NCBI RefSeq assembly: GCF_003918875.1
Contig: NW_025766558.1
Span: 2,480,001-2,544,000 of the forward strand
Source: Haliotis rubra
Lineage: Eukaryota
Direction: 5' to 3'
Length of the DNA stretch: 64,000 nt
Shown here: piece after piece, positions 52,010 through 64,000 of the stretch
How positions within the stretch are numbered: the first letter of the stretch is position 1
Layout: each line of letters begins with the position of its first letter
Position numbers and translations under genes: made by a program
Notes under the pieces: generated by a model
Told to the model about the DNA's origin: nothing
Seen by the model: only the letters and a program-made list of their open reading frames with translations
Database searches by the model: none

Positions 52010-52233
52010 AGTTTTATAGCCCAGTTTGAAATCATGCTGCACTTTCACACGGATACCCCACTCAGACACAGCATGCAGACTCTGAGCTGACCAGTTGTTG
52101 TTTCACCACCTAAATGCCAATCACCAGGCAGGGAAACAACAAGTACCAAGTTTCCATATGCTGTGGCTGGGGACTGACCAACCTTTACACCCTGTGGACA
52201 TAAGCTCTGTCCACTAGACTACAAAGATGGTCT
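52010..52233 (-). mobile_element. Degenerate family B SINE
   Basis: Reverse-complement similarity (CCCCACTCAGACACA, CAGGCAGGGA..AACAAGTACCA). Confidence 0.6.
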
Positions 52234-53042
52234 AATAACTGTAGAAGCTCTATCCTCACGTGATATTTACATGTTTGTCATGTTGCAGAAAGCCACCAGA
52301 ATAGTTTGTTTTGTAGTTGTACAGTCTTATCAGCTAATTATCCTGCATATAATCCTGTTGTCTCTACTGGTCATGTCGGTGATAATGAGACTAAATCAAT
52401 CTCTCATTCAGTAATATAAAACACATGTTAAATGGAAGCAGTTTCATCATTGTAAAACATTTTTTAACTTGCAGATAAACAATTAATTTAGATTAAACTT
52501 CTTGATTCACAAAAAGCAAACATTGTTTGATGTCAGTGTGGTCAAGCTAAACATCTCTTCTAACCTCAAGCATAATCACTGGTCCCTAACATGGCAAATA
52601 TATAGATTACCTCACCAAAGTGAATAATGATGGCATATTTGTATGAACAGTTTTTCAGATAAAAATCAAGCTGTTTTGTCTTCCTTGTGTGACCATAACC
52701 AAAAGTAAATACAAAATACTTGTTTTATGTCGTCAGTCCTCTGATGTGTTTTGTATGTGAAGCCAGTAGAAATCCACCACATTATGATACAATACAAGCT
52801 GTATCCCAGTAATCCAAACACATGACTGAAGATGTGATCATTTCAGGTATTCCACTGTAATACCATCAACCAGTGTTCATCCATACACCCATGTTTGTAT
52901 AGTACACTGAGAAGGATGTGTTTTAGCCTATTTGTATCCTAATTTGAATGTCATATTGTAGACTCATTAATTGACTTTGACATGTAAAGAATTTTTATTT
53001 TAAAAAATTATACCCAAAATAAAAATGCTTGACTTTTCGCTT

Positions 53043-53048
53043 AATAAA
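53043..53048 (+). terminator. Candidate polyadenylation signal of the Rab gene
   Basis: AATAAA followed by a GT-rich tract (tttgtggttatgttgttt), after about 4 kb of T-rich UTR-like sequence. Confidence 0.35.
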
Positions 53049-53309
53049 GAGAATTTTGCACATTTGTGGTTATGTTGTTTATGTGAAGTTTAAACTACTC
53101 GAAAGAAGTTAATGAACATTTGATTTTTTCACGACTTGGTTAAAATGTCATGACAGCACAGATTAACATAGTCGTAAAAATAAATCAAGTGTTTTCCTTG
53201 ATAGTGGATTCCATTACGTCAATGCCCCTTGCACATAATGTTAAACAGATGCATGACGAGTTCATTTGACACCTTTATATCAACCGAGTTGTCTCCCTTC
53301 CTCTATTAT

Positions 53310-53497
53310 ACCCGTGAAGGTCCGGGTTAGAATGAACGCATGGTTGTCCTAAGAGGCGATCGTATGGGTATCGGGTGGTCAGGCTCGCTGGCTTGGTTGA
53401 CACATCACTGGACTGTCTGGTTCAGACTTGATTATTTACAGACCGCTGGAATATTGCTGAGTGCGGCGTAAAACTAAATTCACCCACTCACTCACTC
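53310..53497 (+). mobile_element. SINE-like family C, internally deleted
   Basis: Same 5' end and tail as the other copies. Confidence 0.8.
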
Positions 53498-53645
53498 TTC
53501 CCTTATTACTTGGGCAGTGAATGAATTGTGGGCATGCTTGTGTGAAGTTTGGGTCTGAACATTTTTCACCCCCCTAATATTGGATTAACACACTTCAATG
53601 TTTTAAAAACATTTTTACAATCAAGCCTTGAAAGACAAAACTTAA

Positions 53646-54900
53646 AGGTCACATGCAACCAAAAAATCAAACATAATGAAAACACAATTATCACTTATTC
53701 ATGACATATAATATACATTGCTGATTATGAAAAAACATATAAACAAAATTATAAGCGTACAATCGCAAATCAAAAGTGCAATATTTTGTACTTGGGTTTA
53801 CTTCCCTCGAAACGAAGGACCGGGATACCGAACCAAGTCAGAGCGGGTGGATGTGCACTCAAGTGTAACGAGAACTTTCATTGGCTGGTTCATTTGCCGA
53901 TACCCTCACGGCTCGTGTGTGTGTTGGGTTTTGTAAGTACATGCTCATTTTTTGTGTATAACATTTTGCAATCAACAGACATCATAACATGTCATGTGTA
54001 CAAGTATCACGCCTGCCTGTCTGTGTAATTACATAATGTGACAGAGACCGAACTCAGGGGGGCACAAGCCATAAATCAATCATCAATGCCTTTTGTTTAT
54101 GGTGTATAGCCTGATAGGTGTTAAGTTCAAATTGCAGGTGGTCAATGATCGAAGTTGTGTATTGCATATTGTCATTAGCAGACAGGCAGGCAGACACATA
54201 GGTGTCAATAAAACAGACATTGAGTTTTGTCTGTGACAAAGACATATCTATATCACAGTTAGAAATTCTGTCAATGCTAAATAATGACATTGCTTTTAAG
54301 TATCGAACTGAGAAAGTGACTCGGTAAGAAGAACATGTTGTGAAATAGACAAATGAAATTATATGAACAGTTAAATCGGTAATCTACTGTCAAAACATAT
54401 AAAAAGCTCACGCCTGTGAAATATCAACAAAACATTAGAAAAATAGCTCACATCAAAGCCTTCACCAAGTACTCACAGCCAGCGAAGGTTTTCCATCTTG
54501 AAATGTCACATAGCTGAGTAGATCTAGATCCCAACAAGGTTCTTTTATGTAACGAGTAGATTATTTACTATTTGTTTTGATTAGACTACTCCTGCTCACA
54601 ACCTTATAATCCTGACATCCCGCTTCCAAGCTGCGCGAACCTATTCACTGCGCATGCGCTATGAGCGCAGCCCAGTTAAGCGCAGCACTGCTGTTGAAAC
54701 CACTTTTCACCCCAAGCTGGGGTGAATTTAGTGAATCGTTTGAACTCTGATTTCGCGGGGGGGTGTGTGTGTGTGTGTTTTTTCAATCGCGTTATTTTTC
54801 AACGTTATAAGTTGAATTTGCATTTTTGCATTTGTATCTGTAAGTCCATACCGAAAGGTATCAGAATCTGCAAAGTTGTGTTTTATGTTGCATGTGACCT
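53646..54900. mobile_element. Non-autonomous Kolobok-like DNA transposon (1255 bp)
   Basis: TTAA TSD on both sides; 14-bp TIR AGGTCACATGCAAC/GTTGCATGTGACCT; AG..CT termini rather than the piggyBac CCC..GGG. Confidence 0.85.
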
Positions 54901-55009
54901 TTAAGCAATGAAGTTTTTTAATCTCATATTTTCATGCTCTTCCTTCAACTACTTACAATCGGTTACATTTCATGATAAAAAACAATGTCTCAGATTGTTA
55001 ATACACATA

Positions 55010-55015
55010 TTTATT
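55010..55015 (-). terminator. Candidate polyadenylation signal of the C1orf198-like gene
   Basis: AATAAA on the minus strand about 2.3 kb beyond the stop, at the edge of unique sequence next to the Kolobok-like element. Confidence 0.35.
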
Positions 55016-56007
55016 GTTTGACAAATTCATAAATAGTATCAATAATTGTGACCCAGATTCCAATCCTGTTAATAGTAATATATACGGATGTTTCTAATGA
55101 AACAACAAACAATGTTTTCTCATAGCCATTACAGAACAATGCTTCCCATTTGTCATTATAATTCCAATCCATCTACAAAGACTAACTCCTTCTGTGACAT
55201 AATGTTACATAGTGTGTAAGAGCCATCTTACTAAGATATTTCACTTCAATATGATACCTACATGCATAGATGGTCTGAAGACAGTTCCATTGAAGGTTGT
55301 GAATGGTGAACCCTGAGAGAACTGAGTCCAGATCAGATGTCAGTTTTCAAAAAGGATTCGCTTCATTTCTTTTACAACCTTAATTTGAATATTTCAATCT
55401 TGATGAAAGAAAGCCAACACAGATACACTTCCACAGTACCTCTATCTGGGTGTAGGTGTCAAGGTGCTCGAAAAGACAGTATTTAACAATCACCCACCAC
55501 AATATAATTACACAGTTCTGTTTGGAACTCATTTATTTTATTTATTATTATAATTGTTTTCTATCACAGTGACATTTTAGAAGCTGTAGTACCAATGACA
55601 ACAGAGTTGACAAATAAATTTCACCTTTTCTATTCTTCCAATGCAACTTTTCAGTACTGATGCTAGTCTGTCTCACAGTCCCTGAACCACATTATTTTCC
55701 CTACTGACAAGCCCTCTCTGCAGTGCTAAAGCCCTAAATAAAGCAAGTCTAGATTTCCTCACGTTCTGAATCTCTGGTCTCCCTGGGGCTCCTTTTCAAG
55801 TTAAATGGGCTTGTTTGTTACTATCAAAATTATATTTATTCAGAGACTAAGCATTAGTCTATACTGATGCTAGTACTCTTATCAAGCACTAAGTAAACTC
55901 TTTAACCATTAATATTCTTTTTGAAAAATGACACTGTCTGTATGTTTTACTATACATGTGTATGCACAAATGCCGATGGCTCATTAGAAGCCCAAATCGT
56001 GCTGCTG

Positions 56008-56072
56008 GTCTATGTTAAAGTATGGGACATGATCACCTTAGCTTTACCATCGCTTTGAGGAACGGGGCCCAG
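56008..56072. mobile_element. Partial copy of the 31753 MITE
   Basis: GTCTATGTTAAAGTATGGGA ... CGCTTTGAGGAACGGGGCCCAG. Confidence 0.7.
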
Positions 56073-57293
56073 AAGCAACCTTCAATGGAGATGTCAGAGA
56101 AGTATCATACTAAATAAATGAGATCTTAATGAAATTGTTAATTACTGTAGATATCTAGTGAATGGTTAGTTAATTGTGCCAAATATATCAAGTGGTCAAA
56201 GAGACTAACTACACAGAAACTAAGTCTACTGAGTATCAGTAGATGTTAAATGGCAAGTCATATATGTTCTGTTTAAGCTGTATGATCAGCCATGGCCCAC
56301 AAGGAGTAATGGGCTAAGCAGCTGATATTGTGGAGTTGTGGCAGCAGTAGAGATGTCTCCAGAGATCTGTTCCTACTAAATATTTCAACTTGCACACCAA
56401 AGGTACCACAACAGAGTCCAGTATATCTATGACAGCTCCATATTAACATAATCAACATCTGTACCCACTCTATCCCAAATGAGTTGTGTCTTATATTGAC
56501 ATGATTTCAGATCCTACATCTTAATGCATTACAGTAATACAGTATCATAAAGACAATGTGTACCTGCACACTGTGACTGACACTTCAGGATTACAATGTG
56601 AAATTCTACAAAGTCAAGGCAGACAGTGTAAAAGGACTCTCATATCCAGGTAATTAATACAGTATCACAACAAGCAACATATACCACAGTATATGTATGT
56701 AAACATTTTGATCAGTTACCTCAACACAGACATATTGCACGTGTAGTCAAACAACATGTGTCATAAATACCATGGCTACAAGTTGTGGAAATCTCATCAT
56801 GTGAGAAGCAAGGCACAACATCAAAGGTTCCAATGGTGGAGGGTTAAACGTCATTGCATAAACAAACTGGGGTATAAGTGCCATAACCACCAGGAAAAGA
56901 TGCCTTTGTCTCATGCCATTAAAACCTCAGTCATCCAGAACTTCTTTAGAGCTGATCCTTCTTTATTATAACATAAAGTCTGTATTTGTTCAAATCGCGT
57001 CCAAGCCACACTTTTCCACATCAACGATAAGTACAATGCCTAATAATAAATGCTGTAAGTCCTGTATATTGAATATTCAGAGTAACAAATACTGATTAGA
57101 TTGATATATTCAGATAGATTTTCAGAAATCCTAAAACCTAGCAGATAACAGTGTTCAGTTGAAGTTTCACTTCAAACATGTTTCAACATCATTTTTGTAA
57201 ATATGGTTTTGAAGTGATTTGTACATTTCAAGTTAACAGTTTAATTGTAGTGTCTGATCTGTGGTGTTTGTTTCTCAGTCGAGGGTTGCCATG

Positions 57294-57344
57294 TTACCAG
57301 TTGTCAAGGAAGTCAAATCCACTCTTTCTCAGGTCAGATGCATT
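57294..57344 (-). CDS. C1orf198: C1orf198-like exon 5 (NASDLRKSGFDFLDNW*)
   Basis: tttcag acceptor, family-typical GFDFLDNW terminus. Confidence 0.9.
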   Translation of the reverse strand, partial: NASDLRKSGFDFLDNW

Positions 57345-60300
57345 CTGAAATGATAACAATACTTAATTCTACCACGATTATGAGGACATTTGTTCAGTTA
57401 CAACTCAGAATTTGACCCTATCCCTCCAACAAATTACCTCCCTTATATCACATATAGGACACTGGTTACAACCATTAATTACAATTGGTATCATTGATTT
57501 ACGATCTATACCCGCCATATAGCTGCAATATTGCTGAATGCGTCGTAAAACTAAACTCACTCACTCACTACAAGTGCAGCGTAAAACTAAACTCACTCAC
57601 TCATTACAATCTATACAGGTGAATTATTTGTGAATATGTCGGAACATTGTTATATCTTTAATATTTCAGGTCTTTGAAAAATACTTGCATTTCTCTCCCT
57701 TAAATGATCATAGTTTTAGTTTTGAATATGTTCAAGTTTAAAATTAATTAAATAGACAATTGCTGAAGCAGAAATTCAGTAGTAATTTCTCGACAACATA
57801 CCATCTCATCTGAGGTCTCCACTGCCACAAACAGCACCTCTTCCTGTTCTGCTTCGCTAAGGTCTGGCTGATTGGGCAGAAGTTTGGCTGTGTGGTCAGG
57901 TGTGCTCTCCACAGAATGGTCCGAACTCTCCATACCACGGTCCATTGTCATTGCCAGGGGTTCTTCTGTCACTGGCTCTTGATGAGTAGCCTCAATAATA
58001 TCTGCCACTGGCTCTTGATGAGAATCGTTTATTAAATCGGTTGCTGGCTCTTCTTCAATAGATTCTAAAGAACACATGAGAAATGTTTTCATCTAATGTA
58101 ACATCCCATTAACTTATATTTTGTTCTTAAACTCCTAATCACCTCATGATTTCATCAAGTTTGAGGAGAAAAGCTAATGAGTTACATAGAATTACTGATT
58201 ATCTGTCCTCAAGTGTTAATCCTGAGCCTTTGGTGAGAGGATTATAACATTTATTCATGAGCGACATAAAATATGTAATTCCAAATAGGTTATTCTACAT
58301 ATTACTCATTGATATTTTACTAGGCATGACTAAAAAGACAGTTAATTGAAAGGACCATCAATGAGAAGAAATAATAATTTTCTATACCAAACTTGTGTCA
58401 TCAATGATCTCCTACATAAACTCTTCTCAAACAATGAAGCACTGTTATGCCATATGGCTTTGACAGACCAATCCATACTGAGAAAATATCAGACATTTAT
58501 TACCATATTCATTACATGTAATCATTCTACCGTTTTCACATTTTATGGGAAATTTTCATTGATATAACATTAGACCTATGAACAACATACCTTCTTGCAT
58601 GTCCTGTGATTCCTGACCAACAAATGTGGACCATTCATTTGCCATTACTGGATTACTGAAAGCATTGTTGGTCTCGTCTGCTGTCTCTTTGATGATCAGT
58701 TTTTCTGTGGTCTCAATGTCAATTTCAGACTTGGAAAATGTGACTTTCTTTGGAATTGGAGATTTTGTCTTCTTAGCCTTTTCTGAGGTTTCTGAATGCG
58801 CTACAGATTCACTAATCACGCTACCTGAGCGTTCTGAGCGACTCTGATCACTGATGATACTCCCTGAACACTCTGACATTCCATGTCTAGGTGTTCCCCG
58901 TATATCCTGCACGCTTCCCTCAAAAGCTGGGTTGTCTTCTTCAAGGGGACTGCTGGCCCTTGATGGGGGTTTGCTGGTCCGAGTGTCCAGGTGGGTTTGG
59001 TATTCAGACAGTAATTCACTTGTCCACCTCTCCTCACTGTAAACAAACTGTGCTGGAGCAAGATTCTCAGGAACAGTCTCTTCAGCCTCAGTTTCAGTAC
59101 TGCCAGATTTAGTTTTTTTACCTTTTGTTGGTGGTTTGTACAGATTCTCAGGTTCAAAGTCTGACAACGTCAGATCCTGTTGGCTCTGTAAAATTGAATT
59201 TAAAAATGCACCAGTTGTGAGATATGTAAAGAACTAAATATGTCCATTTGCTAAAATAAGGATTTGGGTATACAAAATGTAAGTGGATGCTAAGTCCTTT
59301 TCTCCCAAATAGCCGGATTTTGTAATCATTTTAGTAATTTGAGTCCAATTGTATCTTTTCCATACCTTTCGGTATCACTATCAGTGTGGAGATTATGATG
59401 ATCTGTTCCACCAAAATGACATTTCATACAACATGGGTTTCTGACAACTGCCCAAAGTTACAGATTGGATATAGGACATAACTTTAATGATATTCGCTTG
59501 AAAAAAACCAGACAAGTTTGTGAGTGAGTGAGTGAGTTTAGTTTTACGCCGCACTCAGAGATATTCCAGCTATATGGCAGCGGTCTGTAAATAATCAAGT
59601 CTGGACCAGACAATCCAGTGATCAATAGCATGAGCATCGATCTGCACAATTGGGAACCGATGACATGTGTCAACCAAGTCAGTGAGCCTGACCACCCGAT
59701 CCCGTTAGTCGCCTCTTACGACAAGCATGGGTTACTGAAGATCAATATTCTAACCCAGACCTTCACGGGTAGACCACTCTGACAACATGGACAAGCTACA
59801 AAATCACAACACAGTCCAAAGGTTAGCCTATTAAATGTCAGACGTAAGTATTCAGATATTTTCAGATCACCACCATGACAATGATGGCCACAACATGCTC
59901 AAGAGGTTTTCAAAATTTGACAAAGTATTTCATTATTTCAACATGTCTATGAATGTATAAGCTGTATAAAAAAACTTGCTTCAATAAGAATCCCAACCAA
60001 ATTCTAGTCTAAACATTACCATGACAGTGTGTGTATATTACAGACTTCTTTTACAAAAGCAGAACAGAAAGGGCATGTAATTGTCTAGTAACTATTACAG
60101 GGGTGGAAATAACTTTAAAATTGCTAGTGTACTCGGGTACAGTGGCACATGTAAAATCACTTGCCCTGATCATTTTTCCACTATACCGGCTGTTTTCTTG
60201 TTGATTTTTTAACTAAACAACATTATTAACATTGGAAAGTCAACTGGACACCGGTACAGTGTGATATACAAATTTGCTTGCCCGACCGAAAAGAACACTG

Positions 60301-63135
60301 GACTCGGACGTCGGGCAATGGGTTATTTCCACCCCTGTATTATAGAAAAAGTTTCAGTTACTACAGTGACATCTGGAATACTTTCTATTACAACAAATGC
60401 AGAATATCATCAGACTATGGGTATTACAAAGAAGCATCATTGTTGACAAGTAATATATTATTCTGTCAGACGGACCGTCGACTCACCTGGCATGAAATGC
60501 ATGTGCTGCCTACAGGCACAAGGGGTCATCTCAAAGACATTTTGTGCTTTTTAATGTGTGTTGACTATGTCTCATCTATTGATTAACATCTTATGTGTCT
60601 TTCTTTCATAAAGTTTATGTTGAGATATGTAAAAGAATATGATACTCAAAAACTATAGAAACGCATCGTAGTATATAGGTGGCATGACCACCCGAAGATT
60701 GACAGGACTGGATATTATTTGTAAATTGTTATGACGTGCCGTGTACCTCCCTAGTATAATTGCCCTAAAGGATTATCTTATCTTAGCTGATATCACTATC
60801 CCAAAGCCCGACCCCAGGTTTTGCTTTTGAGGCGACCCCTCCTATCTGTTTGTTTTTATAGTGACAGTGAGACTGCATGGTAGCTACATCCTTAATAGTT
60901 TCAGCATAAAAGTTATTATTTTTTACGTCAGCTATCGTTTATAATGAATCTACGTCTAATTTCAAATTGGGCATTTAAAAAGTGTCCTTTGTAATACAAT
61001 ATCGTTGCACACTAATTTGCATAAAGCCATGGTCTGTTCCAAATAAGTCTTTTTGGACTTAGTAAAAAACCGCATTGCTCATTTCTGCACTAATTTCCCT
61101 TCAGTAAAGTCCTTTTTCTCCGTTTCCTATCTCTCTAACCACAGAGACTGTAGTTAGGCCGAACTTAGTTTAACAGATATTTCACACTTTCACATATCAA
61201 CTACATAAATTGTAGAGATAAATGACAGAATACAGTTTTTTTCTATTTCCGACAGTACTTTAGTAGTTCAATCACATCACAGCTTCACAATAAATATATG
61301 TCCAGAAGATAATGTTCAAATATTTACAATTGTTTTGATATGACAATGAATGGAACACTCACCTTGCTCTTCCAAGAAAATGGTCCTGAGTGAGCATCTC
61401 TCCATGTTCGCAACTGCAAAACACAAAAGGATATAAACACTGAAGACAAAAAACGGTGTTATTCCATCAGATTTCATATCTACAAGGATAACATCAATGT
61501 TACCACAAGCAATGGGCACCCCATAATCCCCAATCTTGTGTGTGTTTCTGTAACTGCAGACTCTTCATTTTGAATTTTATTTGGTTATTTATCATTTATT
61601 ATGGTTATTTTACTACTAGTGATATTGACATTCTCAGTTCATTTACTGATAAAGCCTGTCATTGTTATATCTTAGAAGGTCTACCACACTATATTTTTGG
61701 CATCGAATCAATGCCATAGGGTTGAATATCATTATCAGCTTCAAGCACCTGAGTTTATCAACTTGTTCCTTAGCTAATGATTTACTAATGAACCATGGAT
61801 ACTAGAAAGTGATAATTTACAAGTAGACTACCATTCATTATTCCATATGTGTACAAATGGGAACAATTATAATTTATATGTCTGCTAGTCATGTTTTTTT
61901 ACCAAACACAGAACTTCATAAACAAATACAGGTTTACCTCACAGTCACAAAGATCTAACAGTAACATTGGATCATCATTGGAAGTATGGGCTAATCACAA
62001 TTTACTCAGAATTACAGACTTTGTTAAGATAAATTTGTTCAATCTAGTTTGGAAGCATTGCCTGAAAGAGGTTAGACAGCAGATGCAAATCCTATGAATT
62101 GGAGAGGTGTGCCTCAACAAGTCTGAAAAATTAATGATCAGGAGGTGACACTGATAGATTGAGAAATGGATCCGAGGACTAAGTATAGTATCGGAGGTAT
62201 TCGGTATGTCAAACTCCAGTCAATAATCAAAAGGTATTCATGTAAGATAAGTGAAGCATGAGGTACAATCAGGTTTAATACTCAATTAAAACTTCATATG
62301 AGCTTTATTTTTACCACTATCAGTATCATAATTCATATGCATATGTGCACTTTGGGACACAGAAGTGGAACCTCATCAATGTGTTAGCAGAGACCATATA
62401 ATAATAATCTATTATATGGTCTCTGGTGTTAGGCAGAGAAAAAGTAAGAGACGTTTGAGACTGCCACCAAAAACTAATTTCATCACGACCATGTGAACAA
62501 TGGGGGAGAAAACTAAAGAGAGAAAGTAGAATATAGGTGCAGCACTAATAAATTATCCTCGCATATGTTAGTTTTGAACAGTTAAGAAAACATTGCTGAT
62601 ATTTCAATAAATAAGACAAAGCCTAAATATGTGTTCACCCTGATAGGTGATGTCTTTAACAATAGAACCATGTCTCGATATTGAGAACAGAATGCAATTT
62701 ACCGTGAGAAGCTTATGGGCTACTAGGCCTTGGCTATTATTTGTTCTGAACTGCAGAAGGTAGATGTGGACAAGTTGCCCGACAAGTACCCCACTCGCAC
62801 CAGGGGCCCGCACCACTATTGGACTTGATCATCAGATGCGCAAATCGTACAATTTCAGTTTTACGTCGTTTTCATCGACCATGATCTTCTCCCCATTGGG
62901 AATCATAAGTTTGGGGAAGGATGGTGGAAAGTCTGAAGCAGACGCCTCATTACGATAATGGTGTCGTATTTCAGAGTCCACAAAGTAGTCATCGATAACT
63001 TCTTCTTGTTCATCGATAGACAGGCTATTCCATCTATCTCCCAGATAAGATTTCAAACCCTCAGTCTGTCTATATGTGCGATTTCCCAGGAAACTTATGC
63101 CAAGCAAAATATGCTGTCACATCTGCGGTCGCCAT
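57294..63135 (-). CDS. C1orf198: C1orf198-like (DUF4706) protein, 5 exons, about 409 aa: complement(join(57294-57344,57802-58064,58591-59185,61363-61413,62865-63135)); one extra base in exon 1
   Basis: N-terminal segments (YLGDRWNSLSIDEQEEVIDDYFV, FPKL..P.GEK, TWRDAHSGPFSWKSKSQQDL) and the C-terminus GFDFLDNW* match my recollection of the C1orf198 family. GT-AG junctions have consistent phases. Confidence 0.88.
57802..58064 (-). CDS. C1orf198: C1orf198-like exon 4 (acidic, ESIEEEP...SDEM)
   Basis: tctttag acceptor, ATG|gtatg donor, phases match. Confidence 0.82.
58591..59185 (-). CDS. C1orf198: C1orf198-like exon 3 (SQQDLTLSDFEPEN...QDMQE), S/E/T-rich
   Basis: ttttacag acceptor, 595-nt open frame, G|gtatg donor. 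Confidence 0.88.
59520..59770 (-). mobile_element. SINE-like family C in C1orf198 intron 2
   Basis: Full-length similarity to the other copies. Confidence 0.9.
60098..60337. mobile_element. hAT-like MITE (240 bp)
   Basis: 16-bp TIR CAGGGGTGGAAATAAC/GTTATTTCCACCCCTG; only TATTA is duplicated in the flanks, so the superfamily is uncertain. Confidence 0.7.
61363..61413 (-). CDS. C1orf198: C1orf198-like exon 2 (LRTWRDAHSGPFSWKSK)
   Basis: tttgcag acceptor, AAG|gtgagt donor, conserved W.D.HS.PFSW motif. Confidence 0.9.
62388..62425. mobile_element. 38-bp palindromic transposon footprint with a 7-bp TSD (same family as 45529)
   Basis: GTGTTAG-CAGAGACCATATAATAATAATCTATTATATGGTCTCTG-GTGTTAG. Confidence 0.8.
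62865..63135 (-). CDS. C1orf198: C1orf198-like exon 1 (frameshifted as assembled)
   Basis: aaaATGGCG start; length 271 nt (3n+1); donor GAC|gtaaaa is weak. Confidence 0.75.
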
Positions 63136-64000
63136 TTTCCTTTTTTATTTTGAGTTGTTTCCCTTTGATAAAGGTATTTATAAAATATGGAATAGTCATG
63201 TTTATGAAAAATGATCCTTATGTTCACTCAATCGCAAAATTAAATGCTATGAAGCTATGATAAATGGTTATTTAATGATATTAGATGTTGTTATAAGGAA
63301 TTAGTTGGCGGTGAATGTTTTATAATGACAAAAGATTTAAAATTAGGTAGAAATCAACACTTGTAATTAGGACCGTGCAGTATTACCGGTACAGTATCTC
63401 GCGATACGATTATCGCGATATGGTTCAGATTCTGAAATATATTGGGTCATCCAAAGTGAGCTCCATTTGAATTATCTGACATCTCAACTCAGACAGGTTC
63501 TGGAGAAACAGCGGGCGATGGTAGAGCAGAAATCAGCGACGTGCATAAACGTGGATGTGCAATTGTGGATCCAATTGAGGAGATCTTCATGTATATACGT
63601 TATATAATTTATTTATTTTTAATATATGGATTTTTCATTTTTACTTGGTAAGAAGCACACGTGCGTTGTTGTTGTTTTTTTTCGATTTTTTGTTGTTGTT
63701 TTTGTTGGGTTTTTTTTTTGGTCGCAGGTAATGGACTCATTATTCTCTGGCGTTGACCTATTATATTGTTTTGGGTTTTGTTTTAAAACTAGTTTATATC
63801 AGTCAAACTTTACATGATAATAGGACATTATAGAGGTATTAAATAAACTTCCGTGTCGTATTCATTGGAAATTGTCTTACAAGCGTTGTAATAACATAGT
63901 AAATAACGGTACTTTGCTGGATGATTCTGATAATCAATCCTTGATTATCATATCATATAAACATATCATAACACTTTATGGGTAAATGGCGGCCCGCCAT

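Overview
Intron-rich, repeat-rich animal genomic DNA, not prokaryotic. The SINE and MITE repertoire suggests a mollusc, possibly a gastropod (inference). Two spliced genes can be reconstructed by hand. (1) A 9-exon Rab32/38-subfamily GTPase on + (32539-49046, 232 aa, C-terminal CCS). Its catalytic switch-II Gln is replaced by His (WDIAGHERF), and CLEAR and M-box motifs sit just upstream of the ATG. (2) A 5-exon C1orf198/DUF4706 homologue on - (63135-57294), convergent with the Rab gene, with an apparent +1 frameshift in exon 1. The most striking structure is in the Rab gene: two introns begin with long minisatellites whose unit is the 3' end of the preceding exon plus the GT donor (21 bp x ~65 after exon 3; 39 bp x ~40 after exon 8). 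The coding exon end is therefore the first monomer of an array of decoy donors. A third donor-bearing array at 1-985 may be another case. The rest is satellites (including a 6.1-kb array with a ~44-45-bp unit), at least four SINE-like families, MITEs, a Kolobok-like element, Tc1 remnants and two tiny P-element-like footprints. One SINE-like family lacks a tRNA head and has a structured, sharply defined 5' end. No confident gene could be built in 1-32 kb.
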